Origin: Chloroflexota bacterium
GTDB lineage: Bacteria > Chloroflexota > Anaerolineae > Anaerolineales > E44-bin32
Length of the DNA: 64,000 bases
NCBI GenBank assembly: GCA_024277995.1
Contig: JAJRUD010000045.1
Span: 12,778-76,777, forward strand
Reading direction: 5' to 3'
A program made the translations under genes and the position numbers. The first letter of the stretch is position 1. Every line of letters starts with the position of its first letter. Shown here one piece after another: positions 19,973 to 28,743 of this stretch. The notes beneath the pieces were generated by a model. That model was not told the DNA's origin and did no database searches. It was given only the letters and a program-made list of their open reading frames with translations.

Positions 19973-20587
19973 TCAGAGCTCCCAGTAATTCACCAGGTCC
20001 ATCACATCGCTGTAGCGCTTCAGCAGCGGTTCCAGCTTGTGCACTCGCTGGCACTGCACGGCGACCAGCACCCGTCGACCAGGATCGTTGCGCAGCGCCC
20101 GATGGATGTTCTCCGCCATGGCCTCATTCTGCGCCTCCCACAAAGCGCGCTCGCGCGGCGTCCAGGCCATCTCCGTCAGCGCACAGACCGTGTGGCATAT
20201 ATTCTCGAAAAGCGCGCCGTTGACGGCCCTCGCGCGATTGGCGGCGCGCTGTGCCCGACGCAGGGCACGATCGAAGACCCTCACAGCATTGCGCCGCCAG
20301 CCCGCAGGTGGCACCAAATCCTCGAAGCGCTCCACGGAAGCTGCCACCGGAACGAGCACCGTGTCCGTGAGCGCCACCACCGGAGCCAGCGCCTCTCGCA
20401 CTTCCAGGGCCGCATTGCTCAGGTCTCCCCGCTCCCATGCCTCGCGCGTGATCTCCGCGCAAAGCAGATCGGGGGCCAGGTCGGCGATCAATCGTCGCAG
20501 ACACTCCAGGTCATAATCGATGGGCTGCAGGTGGAATTCGGACAGCGTTCCGAGGATTCCCACGCGCGACTTCGACGGATTGTCCAT
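19973..20587 (-). CDS. Hypothetical protein, possibly TraB/GumN (TIKI)-superfamily fold
   Basis: GT..H, PDLLCAE and NEAMAENI...RVLVAV pattern; fold call is inference. Confidence 0.5.
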   Translation of the reverse strand: MDNPSKSRVGILGTLSEFHLQPIDYDLECLRRLIADLAPDLLCAEITREAWERGDLSNAALEVREALAPVVALTDTVLVPVAASVERFEDLVPPAGWRRNAVRVFDRALRRAQRAANRARAVNGALFENICHTVCALTEMAWTPRERALWEAQNEAMAENIHRALRNDPGRRVLVAVQCQRVHKLEPLLKRYSDVMDLVNYWEL

Positions 20588-20644
20588 GTCAATAGCCTAC
20601 ACGGCGCCGAAGGCTCCGCCTAGCGCCATGCGGCGGGGAAAGCA

Positions 20645-21274
20645 TCAAGTAGGACTACCTGATTCGTTTCCCAGGCACAGGCGCAGCGCGGCGACCGCGG
20701 CTTCGACGCGATTGTGTACCTCGAGTTTGCGGTACAGGCTGAGCAGGTGGCCTTCGACCGTACGCACGCTCAGATACAGACGCGCTGCGATGTCCTTGTT
20801 GCTGAGGCCGTGGCCCAATAGCGTGAGGACTTCCAGCTCGCGGGGGGACAGGCTGCCCAGACGGGCCTGCACGGCGGAGGTTTCATCCCCCTCGCCCTTC
20901 ATCTCCTGGAGCAGGGCCAGGGCCAGATCCTGCGGCAGATACCCTTCGCCCCGCGCCGCGTGGCGCAGGGCCTGGTTGAGCATCGCCGGCTCATCGTCCC
21001 GCGAGAGGCATCCCAGGCATCCCATTTCCAGGTAGCTACGGGCCCTGCGGGGCGTCAGCCCTTCGGCGACGACCACCACCGGGAGCGAGGGATGGCAGCG
21101 GCGCAGCTCGGCCAGGCCCTGCGCTCCTGAATCGGCAAGCCACAGGATCACGTCGGGCGGTTGCCCCTCCACCGGCCGGGCCAGATCAATGCCGGGCAGG
21201 CTCAGCAGGAGCGCACAGAAGGCAGCCTGCGTCAATGAAGAGCCCCCCGATACGTCAACGAGGATCGGTTTCAT
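20645..21274 (-). CDS. LuxR/NarL-type regulator with pseudo-receiver domain
   Basis: LSPRELEVL...SNKDIA..LYLSVRTV HTH; receiver lacks the acidic pair, phospho-Asp and Lys. Confidence 0.85.
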   Translation of the reverse strand: MKPILVDVSGGSSLTQAAFCALLLSLPGIDLARPVEGQPPDVILWLADSGAQGLAELRRCHPSLPVVVVAEGLTPRRARSYLEMGCLGCLSRDDEPAMLNQALRHAARGEGYLPQDLALALLQEMKGEGDETSAVQARLGSLSPRELEVLTLLGHGLSNKDIAARLYLSVRTVEGHLLSLYRKLEVHNRVEAAVAALRLCLGNESGSPT

Positions 21275-21548
21275 CGTCGCCTTCAACCTTCGCGCTTCGC
21301 CGAGAAGTCTCGTTTGGCCACCCTGCTTCCCCCAGCGGCCCCGGACCCTGGACCCCGATTGCGGCCCAGGGACGAGCCAAGATTAGGCTAACACGCCCTG
21401 CCCGATGGGCAGAGAGCCATCGGGCGCCTGCGCAATAGGCAGAAACCCCTGTTTGTACCGGGGGTGGGCTCCGGGCCTGCATATGCCCTTCACCGGTTCT
21501 TCACGCGCCGGTGAGATACTGCACGTGACAATGAAAGTATGGAGGTGA

Positions 21549-21689
21549 ATGATGATGCTCGGAAGTGGATTGCTGATGGGCTTCGGCCTGTTGATCATGC
21601 TCGCTGTGCTGGCACTGCCGATCGTGCTCGTCGCGGCCCTGGCCGCGCTGGTCGTAGGACAGACCCAGAGACGAGACGGCCAATCCTGA
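21549..21689 (+). CDS. Small 46-aa membrane protein
   Basis: GGAGG RBS; MMMLGSGLLMGFGLLIMLAVLALPIVLVAALAALVVGQTQRRDGQS; below the ORF track cutoff. Confidence 0.65.
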   Translation: MMMLGSGLLMGFGLLIMLAVLALPIVLVAALAALVVGQTQRRDGQS

Positions 21690-21714
21690 ACTCGAAACCT
21701 GATGGAGGTGTACT

Positions 21715-21990
21715 ATGATGGGAGGAACGTGGGGAATGGGAGGTCTGGGATCGTGGGGGACCTTCGGCCTCGTCGGAGGAATACTCGGCCTGCTCTTCCA
21801 GCTCGCTCTGCTGACGCTGGTCGTGGTAGGCATCGTCTGGGCCGTGCGCAGCCTGGGCCAGGCCAACCGCTCAGGCGCCACGCCCGGCCTGGCGGCTCCA
21901 GCCGCAAGCCTCAGCTCCTGCGTGAGCTGCGGTGCTGCCCTTCAACAGGGCTGGAAGGTCTGCCCATACTGCGGGCAATCCGCGTCCTGA
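21715..21990 (+). CDS. Small membrane protein with C-terminal zinc ribbon
   Basis: GGAGG RBS, Met/Gly N-terminus, TM, CVSCG...CPYCG. Confidence 0.8.
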   Translation: MMGGTWGMGGLGSWGTFGLVGGILGLLFQLALLTLVVVGIVWAVRSLGQANRSGATPGLAAPAASLSSCVSCGAALQQGWKVCPYCGQSAS

Positions 21991-22029
21991 AGGAAGGCAC
22001 CACCTGCGATCGCCATGCACGGCGTAACG

Positions 22030-22064
22030 GAGAAACCGGGTTTCATTGAGAAACCCGGTTTCTC
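22030..22064. repeat. Perfect 15-bp inverted repeat between convergent genes (REP-like or bidirectional terminator)
   Basis: GAGAAACCGGGTTTC-ATTGA-GAAACCCGGTTTCTC. Confidence 0.8.
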
Positions 22065-22100
22065 GCACTTCCGATCCGACCCAGCGGGTCAAGGTCAGGG

Positions 22101-22499
22101 TCAGGGTGTGGCCGGCACGACCTCGGCCGTGAAGCGGAACTCGACCTCGGGTTCTTCGGGGTCGTTGGAAGCGATGAAAACCTGGCGCATGATTTTCCCG
22201 CTGAACTCGGGGCCATGGGCCCCTGAATCGTAAGTCACCACCAGGCGACCTTTGGCCCCCGGGGCCAGGGTCAGCGGTTCCACCATCGCCGTGGTGCATC
22301 CGCAAGAGGTGCTCACCCCCTGGATCACCAGTTCCGCAGAGCCGCGGTTTTCTACCCCCACCTCGAAAGTGCGCACCTCTCCATTGGGAATCGTGCCGAT
22401 GTCGCGCTCCCCTTCCTGCAACACGAGATCAGGCTGGCCCCCAGCACAGGCTGTGAGCAGCACCCCCAACAGGAGCAAACCGACAATGGCTCGTTTCAT
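22101..22499 (-). CDS. DUF1573-domain lipoprotein
   Basis: Lipobox LTAC, TSCGCT motif, SNDP. Confidence 0.85.
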   Translation of the reverse strand: MKRAIVGLLLLGVLLTACAGGQPDLVLQEGERDIGTIPNGEVRTFEVGVENRGSAELVIQGVSTSCGCTTAMVEPLTLAPGAKGRLVVTYDSGAHGPEFSGKIMRQVFIASNDPEEPEVEFRFTAEVVPATP

Positions 22500-22507
22500 G
22501 TTTCTTG

Positions 22508-23125
22508 CTACTCTCCAGTTCCTGCGGGATATGGCTCGGCCAGCAGCGCATCGATGCGCTGCTCGAGCTCTGGCGGGGCCAGGGGGCCGATCTTCACACC
22601 GCGCAGCGTTCCGTCCTTGGCGACGAAGAAAGTCTCCGGCACACCCTGGATACGGTACGCCTGGGCGATGCGGGTGCCGATATCAGGGCCGTTGGGATAG
22701 GTGATGTCGAATTCGGCGATGTAGGCCAGCGCCTCAGGCTCTGTGTCCACGTAGTCAACCCCGATGAAGACCACGCCCTGGTCTTTGTAAGCCCGCCAGG
22801 TGGCCTCCAGGTAAGGGGCCTCATCGCGACAGGGCGGACACCATGAGGCCCAGAAATTGATGACCACGACCTGACCGCGCAGTTCGCTGAGCGTGTAAGT
22901 GTCCCCGTCGAAGGTGGTGAGCGTGAAATCGGGCGCTGGCCCCTCAGAACGGGGGCCCGCCTGGGCTTTGGCCAGGCCCCAGCCCAACAACGCCAGCAAT
23001 CCCAGAACCGCGCCGTAAGCCAATGCCTTGCCCCAGGGCAGCTTGCTGCGCTCCTCAGCGTCGCTCTGAGGGACCTGCGCTGAATCGCCGGCCTTCATTT
23101 CAGTTCCTTCGTTCCGCATCATCAT
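22508..23125 (-). CDS. TlpA/ResA-family thiol-disulfide oxidoreductase
   Basis: APDFTL, NFWASWCPPC, GVPET. Confidence 0.92.
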   Translation of the reverse strand: MMMRNEGTEMKAGDSAQVPQSDAEERSKLPWGKALAYGAVLGLLALLGWGLAKAQAGPRSEGPAPDFTLTTFDGDTYTLSELRGQVVVINFWASWCPPCRDEAPYLEATWRAYKDQGVVFIGVDYVDTEPEALAYIAEFDITYPNGPDIGTRIAQAYRIQGVPETFFVAKDGTLRGVKIGPLAPPELEQRIDALLAEPYPAGTGE

Positions 23126-23286
23126 AACTCCACCGAAGCACCATCAGATCCTGGAGTGGGGCCGAGGTCAATTCTCGGGGACCACCGACGTACGCCTCAT
23201 CAATTGAAGGGCGAAGTGCCGAGCGGCGTTCGGCGGCTTGCTCCCGCCGGTGCTACGGGACGCCCATCGCCCTGCTTGCCTCCCAA

Positions 23287-23883
23287 TCAGGGAGTGGCGC
23301 GAACGCTGGCCTGCACCCAGATCTCCACGTTGGATTCGTCCGGATCGTTGTTTTCGATGATCACCCCGCGCCGTACCGTCTCGCCCCGCACGTCGTGGAA
23401 ACCGGCGTCCAGACGCAGGGTCACGATGGAGACCTTTCCAGGCGGGATCACCGCCGAAGTGAAGTCGGCTGTCGTGCAGCCGCAGGTTGTATAGGCCCGG
23501 CTGATGGTGAGCGGAGCGTCGCCAGTGTTGGCGATGACGAAGTCGTGGGTGACCACGTCGTTGGGGCCAATGCTGCCGAAGTTGTAGAAGGCCTCACTGA
23601 TGACGATGTTGGGCTGCGGTCCGTCCTTCGGCAGGAAGGGGATGGGCGGGCTTTCCACGCCCATTTCGTGTACCGCGTGCAGTGGCTCGTCGTAAGCCAC
23701 GTCTTCCGGGCTGTAATCCAATGCCGCCTCGACGGTTCGCTGGCCGCTCCACCAGGACCATGCAGCAGCCCCGATCAGCAGCAATCCGCCCAGCACGACC
23801 GCGCCCGCTGCAATGCGCCGTTGACGGGCCTTCCGCCTGCGCAGAGCCTGCCTCTCGCGGCGCGAGAGTTGCCGTGGGGTCAT
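23287..23883 (-). CDS. DUF1573-domain membrane-anchored protein
   Basis: Basic N-terminus plus TM, TTCGCT, NNDP. Confidence 0.85.
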   Translation of the reverse strand: MTPRQLSRRERQALRRRKARQRRIAAGAVVLGGLLLIGAAAWSWWSGQRTVEAALDYSPEDVAYDEPLHAVHEMGVESPPIPFLPKDGPQPNIVISEAFYNFGSIGPNDVVTHDFVIANTGDAPLTISRAYTTCGCTTADFTSAVIPPGKVSIVTLRLDAGFHDVRGETVRRGVIIENNDPDESNVEIWVQASVRATP

Positions 23884-23962
23884 CCTTGTGCCTCCTGGTA
23901 TCGTTCTCGTCGTCCACGGAGCAGCGACAGCTTAGAGGCAAGCATGCCTCTGCCACGCACTC

Positions 23963-24219
23963 AAGGTAACATCCTTCCTCAGCACTGACGAGCGCCAAAT
24001 GGCCCGTCACATGACGGATGTCACCCGCCATGGTGACCTTTCACGGCGATCAAGGAAAGCCGACGCGCACAAAACACCAGCGGCACAGCTGCGACGTTCG
24101 CTCCCCGTGCGCCTGCAGTTCCTGGCCGCCCAGGTGGAAGAGCGCACAAGCGGGCCATCTGGCCCGCAGCCGGCCGGGCCGTTTCGCGCCTCGTCCCCCT
24201 TCTCCGGGTGAAGTAGAAT
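23963..24219. promoter_or_regulatory. Divergent promoter region with operator boxes at 23992, 24152 and 24176
   Basis: GCGCCAAATGGCCC with TACCTT (-); GGGCCATCTGGCCC and GGGCCGTTTCGCGC with TAGAAT 24214 (+). Confidence 0.6.
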
Positions 24220-24296
24220 GGAGGACAGGCGCCCGAGGTTGGCGGTGTTATCCTATTGGCAGCGAGTCTTATCAGTATATGGAGGAGGTAGGACCG

Positions 24297-25058
24297 ATGG
24301 CCACCGTTTCCCCACGCACGAAGAAGGGCCGCTCGTGGGCGATCGCGCTCAACCGCACCGCGTACCGCGTCAGCCGCAGCTGGTTCTTCTGGTTCACGCT
24401 CATCAGCGGCACTTATGTGGGGCTCCCCTGGCTCGCCCCGATCCTGATGAAGATCGGTTGGGAAGGACCGGCCAGAGCCATTTACTTCGTGTACTCCTTC
24501 CTCTGCCATCAGCTTCCACAACGGTCCTTCTTCCTCTTCGGCCCCAAGGCCACCTACCCACTGGAGGAGATCCAGGCTGTGTGGCAGAACTCCTCCGACC
24601 CCTGGGTCCTGCGCCAGTTCATCGGGAACGCACAGATGGGCTACAAGGTGGCCTGGTCCGATCGCATGGTGTCGCTCTACAGCAGCATCCCCCTGGCAGG
24701 GCTGCTCTGGTGGCCCTTCCGCAAGCGCGTTCGGCCCCTGCCGCTCTGGGCTTTCGCCCTGCTCGCCCTGCCTATGGCCGTCGACGGAACGAGCCATTTC
24801 ATCAGCGACCTGGCCGGCATCGGCCAGGGCTTCCGCGACGCCAACCTGTGGCTGGTGAACCTCACCGGGGGCGTGCTGCCGGCAACCTTCTATCACGGTG
24901 ATGCCCTGGGCTCTTTCAATTCATTGATGCGCTTGATCACGGGCGGCCTGTTCGGCGTGGGAGTCGTCTGGGCCACCTTCCCGCACCTGGCCGCCGGATT
25001 TGACGACGCCGCACAGCAGATCGAGACCAAGTTCGATCGCGCCAAAGTGGAGCTATGA
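24297..25058 (+). CDS. DUF2085-family membrane protein
   Basis: FLCHQLPQRS motif, PMAVDG, RLITG; RBS GGAGG. Confidence 0.8.
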   Translation: MATVSPRTKKGRSWAIALNRTAYRVSRSWFFWFTLISGTYVGLPWLAPILMKIGWEGPARAIYFVYSFLCHQLPQRSFFLFGPKATYPLEEIQAVWQNSSDPWVLRQFIGNAQMGYKVAWSDRMVSLYSSIPLAGLLWWPFRKRVRPLPLWAFALLALPMAVDGTSHFISDLAGIGQGFRDANLWLVNLTGGVLPATFYHGDALGSFNSLMRLITGGLFGVGVVWATFPHLAAGFDDAAQQIETKFDRAKVEL

Positions 25059-25732
25059 CTATGGAGAATACCATCCGCGTCATCCTGGCCGACGACCACG
25101 CCGTGGTACGGGCCGGCATCCGCCGCTTCCTGGAAACGGCGGGGGACATCCAGGTCGTCGCCGAAGCCGACGACGGTGCCCAGGCCATCCTGGCGATACA
25201 GGAGCACAAGCCGGACGTGGCCGTGCTGGACATCCAGATGCCGGAGATGAGCGGCATCGAGGTCACACGCTGGGTGCGCACCCACACGCGCCAGACGGGT
25301 GTGCTGATTCTCACTGCCTACGACGATGACCCCTACATCCTGGCTGTGTTGCAGGCCGGGGCCAACGGCTACGTCCTCAAGACCGCCGACGCGGCCGACA
25401 TCGTCCGCGCCGTGCGGGCCGTCTACGAAGGCAAATCGGCGCTGGATCCCGCCGTGGCGCGCAAGGTGATGGCCCACGTCTCCGGCACCCGTCTGGGATC
25501 GCCCGTCGAGCGCCTCACCGACCGCGAATTGGAGGTGCTGACGCTGGTGGCCAAGGGCTACACGAACAAGGCCATCGGTGTACAGTTGGGGATCAGCGAC
25601 CGCACGGTCCAGGGACACCTGGCCAAGATCTTCAACAAGCTGCAGGCCGCCAGCCGTACGGAGGCGGTGATGCGCGCCGTGTCGTTGGGCTGGCTGGCCC
25701 CCGATCTGGGCCAGCTCACGGAAGAAGGATGA
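25055..25732 (+). CDS. NarL/LuxR-family DNA-binding response regulator
   Basis: ADDH, VLDIQMP, GYVLK, LTDRELEVL HTH. Confidence 0.95.
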   Translation: MTMENTIRVILADDHAVVRAGIRRFLETAGDIQVVAEADDGAQAILAIQEHKPDVAVLDIQMPEMSGIEVTRWVRTHTRQTGVLILTAYDDDPYILAVLQAGANGYVLKTADAADIVRAVRAVYEGKSALDPAVARKVMAHVSGTRLGSPVERLTDRELEVLTLVAKGYTNKAIGVQLGISDRTVQGHLAKIFNKLQAASRTEAVMRAVSLGWLAPDLGQLTEEG

Positions 25733-27453
25733 GAATTCGTCTCGACGGCCTGCGCCTGCAACTGCTGGGGCTGGTCATCCTGCCCTTCGCCCTGCTGCTG
25801 CTCGGCATCGCCGTGCTGGGCGTACAGGTTCACAAAGGGGCGATGCGGCGCCTGGTGGCGGAAAGAGACCTGCGCACGGTGCACGTCACGGCCGTGGCAA
25901 TCTCTGAACAGATCCACCTGCGCGAGACGGCCATTCAGGGGCTCGTGCTGCGCCTGGCCGACGGCGCTCCGCCCGAGAGGCTGTTCGATCAGGCCCAGGG
26001 CCTGCTGCAGGATTTCGACGGCGGGATGGCCGTGCTCGACAGTCGCGGGCGCGCGCTGGTCTCTGCACCGGCAACACAAGACTGGCAAGAAAGACCCCTG
26101 GCCCAGATTCTGGAAGCCTCTTCCGGAAGAAGCATCTTCTTTTCATCCCCCTTCGACGAAGGCCAGAAGAAAATGGTCATGGTGGCGGCCAGCGCCGGCG
26201 AGCACATCGTCGTCGGGGCTTTCAGCATCGAGGCCATGCTGCGCCGTGCCCTTCCGCCCACCTCCTACGACAGCGGGTCCGTCGCCTTCCTCACCGATCG
26301 GGAAGACAACTTGATCGCCTCCATCGGTGGCTCCCCCGTGCCGCACCCGTTGGAAGAACATCTGGGAGTGCAGGGGGCGTTGGAGGGACGTGAGGGCTTC
26401 GTCTACCGCCCGGGCAGCGATGGAGAACACGTCGTTGCCTACAGCCCCATCGAACACCTGGGCTGGGCGCTGGTGCTCGAAGAGCCCTGGGAAAGCGTCG
26501 CCAGCCCGCTGCTGGACCTCTCCCTGGCGGCCCCGCTGGCGCTGATCCCGGCCCTCATCGTCACCCTGGTGGCCCTGTGGTTCGGCGCACGTCAGGTCAT
26601 CGAACCGCTGCGGCAATTGGAGCAGCGCGCCCGTCGCGTCGCGGCGGGAGACTTCGATGCCGTTGCAGAACCGCTGGAGGGCATCGCCGAGATCCGGCAA
26701 CTGCAGCAGACTCTGGCCTGGATGACACGCCGCCTGCAGGCCGCACAGCAGGCCCTGCAAGGCTACATCGGCGCCATCACGCGCGCCCAGGAAGACGAAC
26801 GACGTCGTCTGGCGCGCGAACTGCACGACGAGACCATCCAGGAGCTGATCGCGCTCGACCATCGGGTCCAGTTTCTTTCCATGGAATCCGACAACGACCA
26901 GGGCGGTGACTACGCTCGCGAGCTGCAGGCACTGCACCACGCGATCCAACACGCCATCCAGGGAGTGCGGCGCACCACGCGCGCCCTGCGCCCCATCTAC
27001 CTGGAAGACCTGGGTCTGGCCCCTGCTGTCGAAATGCTCACCAAAGACATCGAAGCCGAGGTGGGCATCCCGGTGCGCTTCAGCCTGGAAGGGACACCCA
27101 GGCGATTGGACCCCGAGGTGGAGCTGGCGCTCTATCGCATCGTTCAAGAAGCGCTGAACAACATCGCACGGCACGCCCGCGCCACCCAGGTCGAGGTGCG
27201 CCTGGATTTCGAAGCAAGCCGGGTGATCGCCACAATCCAGGACGACGGCGTCGGTTTCGAATTGCCGCGCGGCTCCACCAGCCTGGCCACGCTGGGACAC
27301 TACGGCATGATCGGAATGCAGGAGCGCGCCGATCTGGTGGGGGGGCGACTCGAGATCAACAGCGTCCCGGGCGAAGGGACCACCGTCACGGTGAGCGTTC
27401 CCATCCAGCGCGTGGGCGACGGCACGGGGGAGGCGGCGCGCCAAACGGCCTAG
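25729..27453 (+). CDS. Sensor histidine kinase (Cache-like, HAMP, HisKA_3, HATPase)
   Basis: Two TMs, ERRRLARELHD, QEALNNIARH, DDGVGF. Confidence 0.95.
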   Translation: MRIRLDGLRLQLLGLVILPFALLLLGIAVLGVQVHKGAMRRLVAERDLRTVHVTAVAISEQIHLRETAIQGLVLRLADGAPPERLFDQAQGLLQDFDGGMAVLDSRGRALVSAPATQDWQERPLAQILEASSGRSIFFSSPFDEGQKKMVMVAASAGEHIVVGAFSIEAMLRRALPPTSYDSGSVAFLTDREDNLIASIGGSPVPHPLEEHLGVQGALEGREGFVYRPGSDGEHVVAYSPIEHLGWALVLEEPWESVASPLLDLSLAAPLALIPALIVTLVALWFGARQVIEPLRQLEQRARRVAAGDFDAVAEPLEGIAEIRQLQQTLAWMTRRLQAAQQALQGYIGAITRAQEDERRRLARELHDETIQELIALDHRVQFLSMESDNDQGGDYARELQALHHAIQHAIQGVRRTTRALRPIYLEDLGLAPAVEMLTKDIEAEVGIPVRFSLEGTPRRLDPEVELALYRIVQEALNNIARHARATQVEVRLDFEASRVIATIQDDGVGFELPRGSTSLATLGHYGMIGMQERADLVGGRLEINSVPGEGTTVTVSVPIQRVGDGTGEAARQTA

Positions 27454-27504
27454 CGATAGTCGGGCCAGACGACGCTCAATCCGGACCCGCTCGCGCGGTA
27501 AACT
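27438..27504 (+). promoter_or_regulatory. Tandem operator boxes (27438, 27462) and -10 TAAACT
   Basis: GCGCCAAACGGCCT and GGGCCAGACGACGC 24 bp apart; TAAACT at 27499-27504. Confidence 0.55.
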
Positions 27505-27523
27505 GGTGCCTGAGGATAATCAT

Positions 27524-27874
27524 ATGCGTAAGCTAACCATTCCCATCGCCGTTGACCAGGTCGTCCTGCGCCTTACGGAAGAGCTATCCGCCGCCGGGCT
27601 CGAGGTGGCCCGTTCGTTCGACCTGCAATCGGCACGCAAGATGCTCGGCACCCCCCACGAATGCCCTTGCCCTTACCACGGCACGGAGTCCTGCACCTGC
27701 CAGTACCTTGTGTTGCTGGTCAACCAGCCGGGTGCGCCGCCGGTGACCCTGGTGGCCCACGGTCATGATGATCATACGACCCTCAGCCTCGAGCCCAACG
27801 CGACGCCTGCCATCGTTGAGGCCGTCGAAAACGCGTTCTCCCGACTGGTGGAAGCCGCGGTAGACCAGGGCTAG
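27524..27874 (+). CDS. Hypothetical Cys/His-cluster protein
   Basis: HECPCPYHGTESCTCQY motif; GAGG RBS. Confidence 0.7.
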   Translation: MRKLTIPIAVDQVVLRLTEELSAAGLEVARSFDLQSARKMLGTPHECPCPYHGTESCTCQYLVLLVNQPGAPPVTLVAHGHDDHTTLSLEPNATPAIVEAVENAFSRLVEAAVDQG

Positions 27875-28012
27875 CAGGCAAGCGTTTCGCCATCCCTCCG
27901 TCGCCCTCGCTCCGTTGCGTCCCCCCCCCATATGTAGCCAGATTACAGACAATCGCGGCAGCCAGCTTCACGCTGTCTGCGTGCCCATTTTCCGATTTGC
28001 CAAGGAGGAGCA

Positions 28013-28600
28013 ATGAGCAAGAAAACCAAACGCCAGGCGATTCGAGCCCGCAGGCGCCGGGCCCGGCTGCGCTCCAACCTGATCTGGGGAACCCTGGGCG
28101 TGGGCGTGCTCGCCATCTTTGCATTCATGATCTGGAACGTGGTCAAACCCGCGGCTGGCGAGGCCGTCCCCGAACTGCTCGCTTCCCACGTCCCCGAAGG
28201 CTCGCCGCCCGGCCCCTATAACACAGATCCACCCTCCTCGGGCCCTCATTATCCAAGCAGCCTCCCGGCCGGATTCTACGAGCAGGCTGACCTCGCCACC
28301 CTGCCCCCGAACCCCGAGGGGTATCTGATGCACGCCGCCGAGCACGGCTACGTCATTTTCTGGTACAACTGTGACGTGCTCGACGGAGCGTCCTGCGACG
28401 AGTTGAAAGGCGACATCCAACAGGCCATGAAACAGGTCGACAACTTCAAGGTGATCGGCTTCCCATGGTCGAGCATAGAGGGGCCCGTCGTCCTCACCTC
28501 CTGGGGCCGCATCCAGCGCTTTGCCGAATTCGACCAGCGCGCCGCCGTGCGCTTCGTGGAGCGCAACCGCAACCGGGCGCCCGAGCCGAACGCGCCGTAG
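28013..28600 (+). CDS. DUF3105-domain protein
   Basis: YNTDPPSSGPHY, HAAEHG, LTSWG, APEP. Confidence 0.85.
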   Translation: MSKKTKRQAIRARRRRARLRSNLIWGTLGVGVLAIFAFMIWNVVKPAAGEAVPELLASHVPEGSPPGPYNTDPPSSGPHYPSSLPAGFYEQADLATLPPNPEGYLMHAAEHGYVIFWYNCDVLDGASCDELKGDIQQAMKQVDNFKVIGFPWSSIEGPVVLTSWGRIQRFAEFDQRAAVRFVERNRNRAPEPNAP

Positions 28601-28692
28601 TCGGCATCCCCGATGGGAGCCATCTCCCAGCTGCGGCGGGGGGATGGCTCGCTCTGGGGGCGCCCGGCACCGTTCGCTGAGGACATTCTTAC

Positions 28693-28736
28693 GGGCCATT
28701 CGGCGCGTTGACAGCTTTCCGCCGGCCGCTTAGCCT
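28693..28736 (+). promoter_or_regulatory. Operator box abutting TTGACA-17-TAGCCT promoter (probably leaderless)
   Basis: Box 28693-28706, -35 at 28708-28713, -10 at 28731-28736, ATG at 28744. Confidence 0.65.
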
Positions 28737-28743
28737 CCCGCCC

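Noticed and set aside
22101-23883. Selenocysteine in the DUF1573/TlpA genes
   Set aside because: All motif positions are ordinary Cys codons in uninterrupted ORFs
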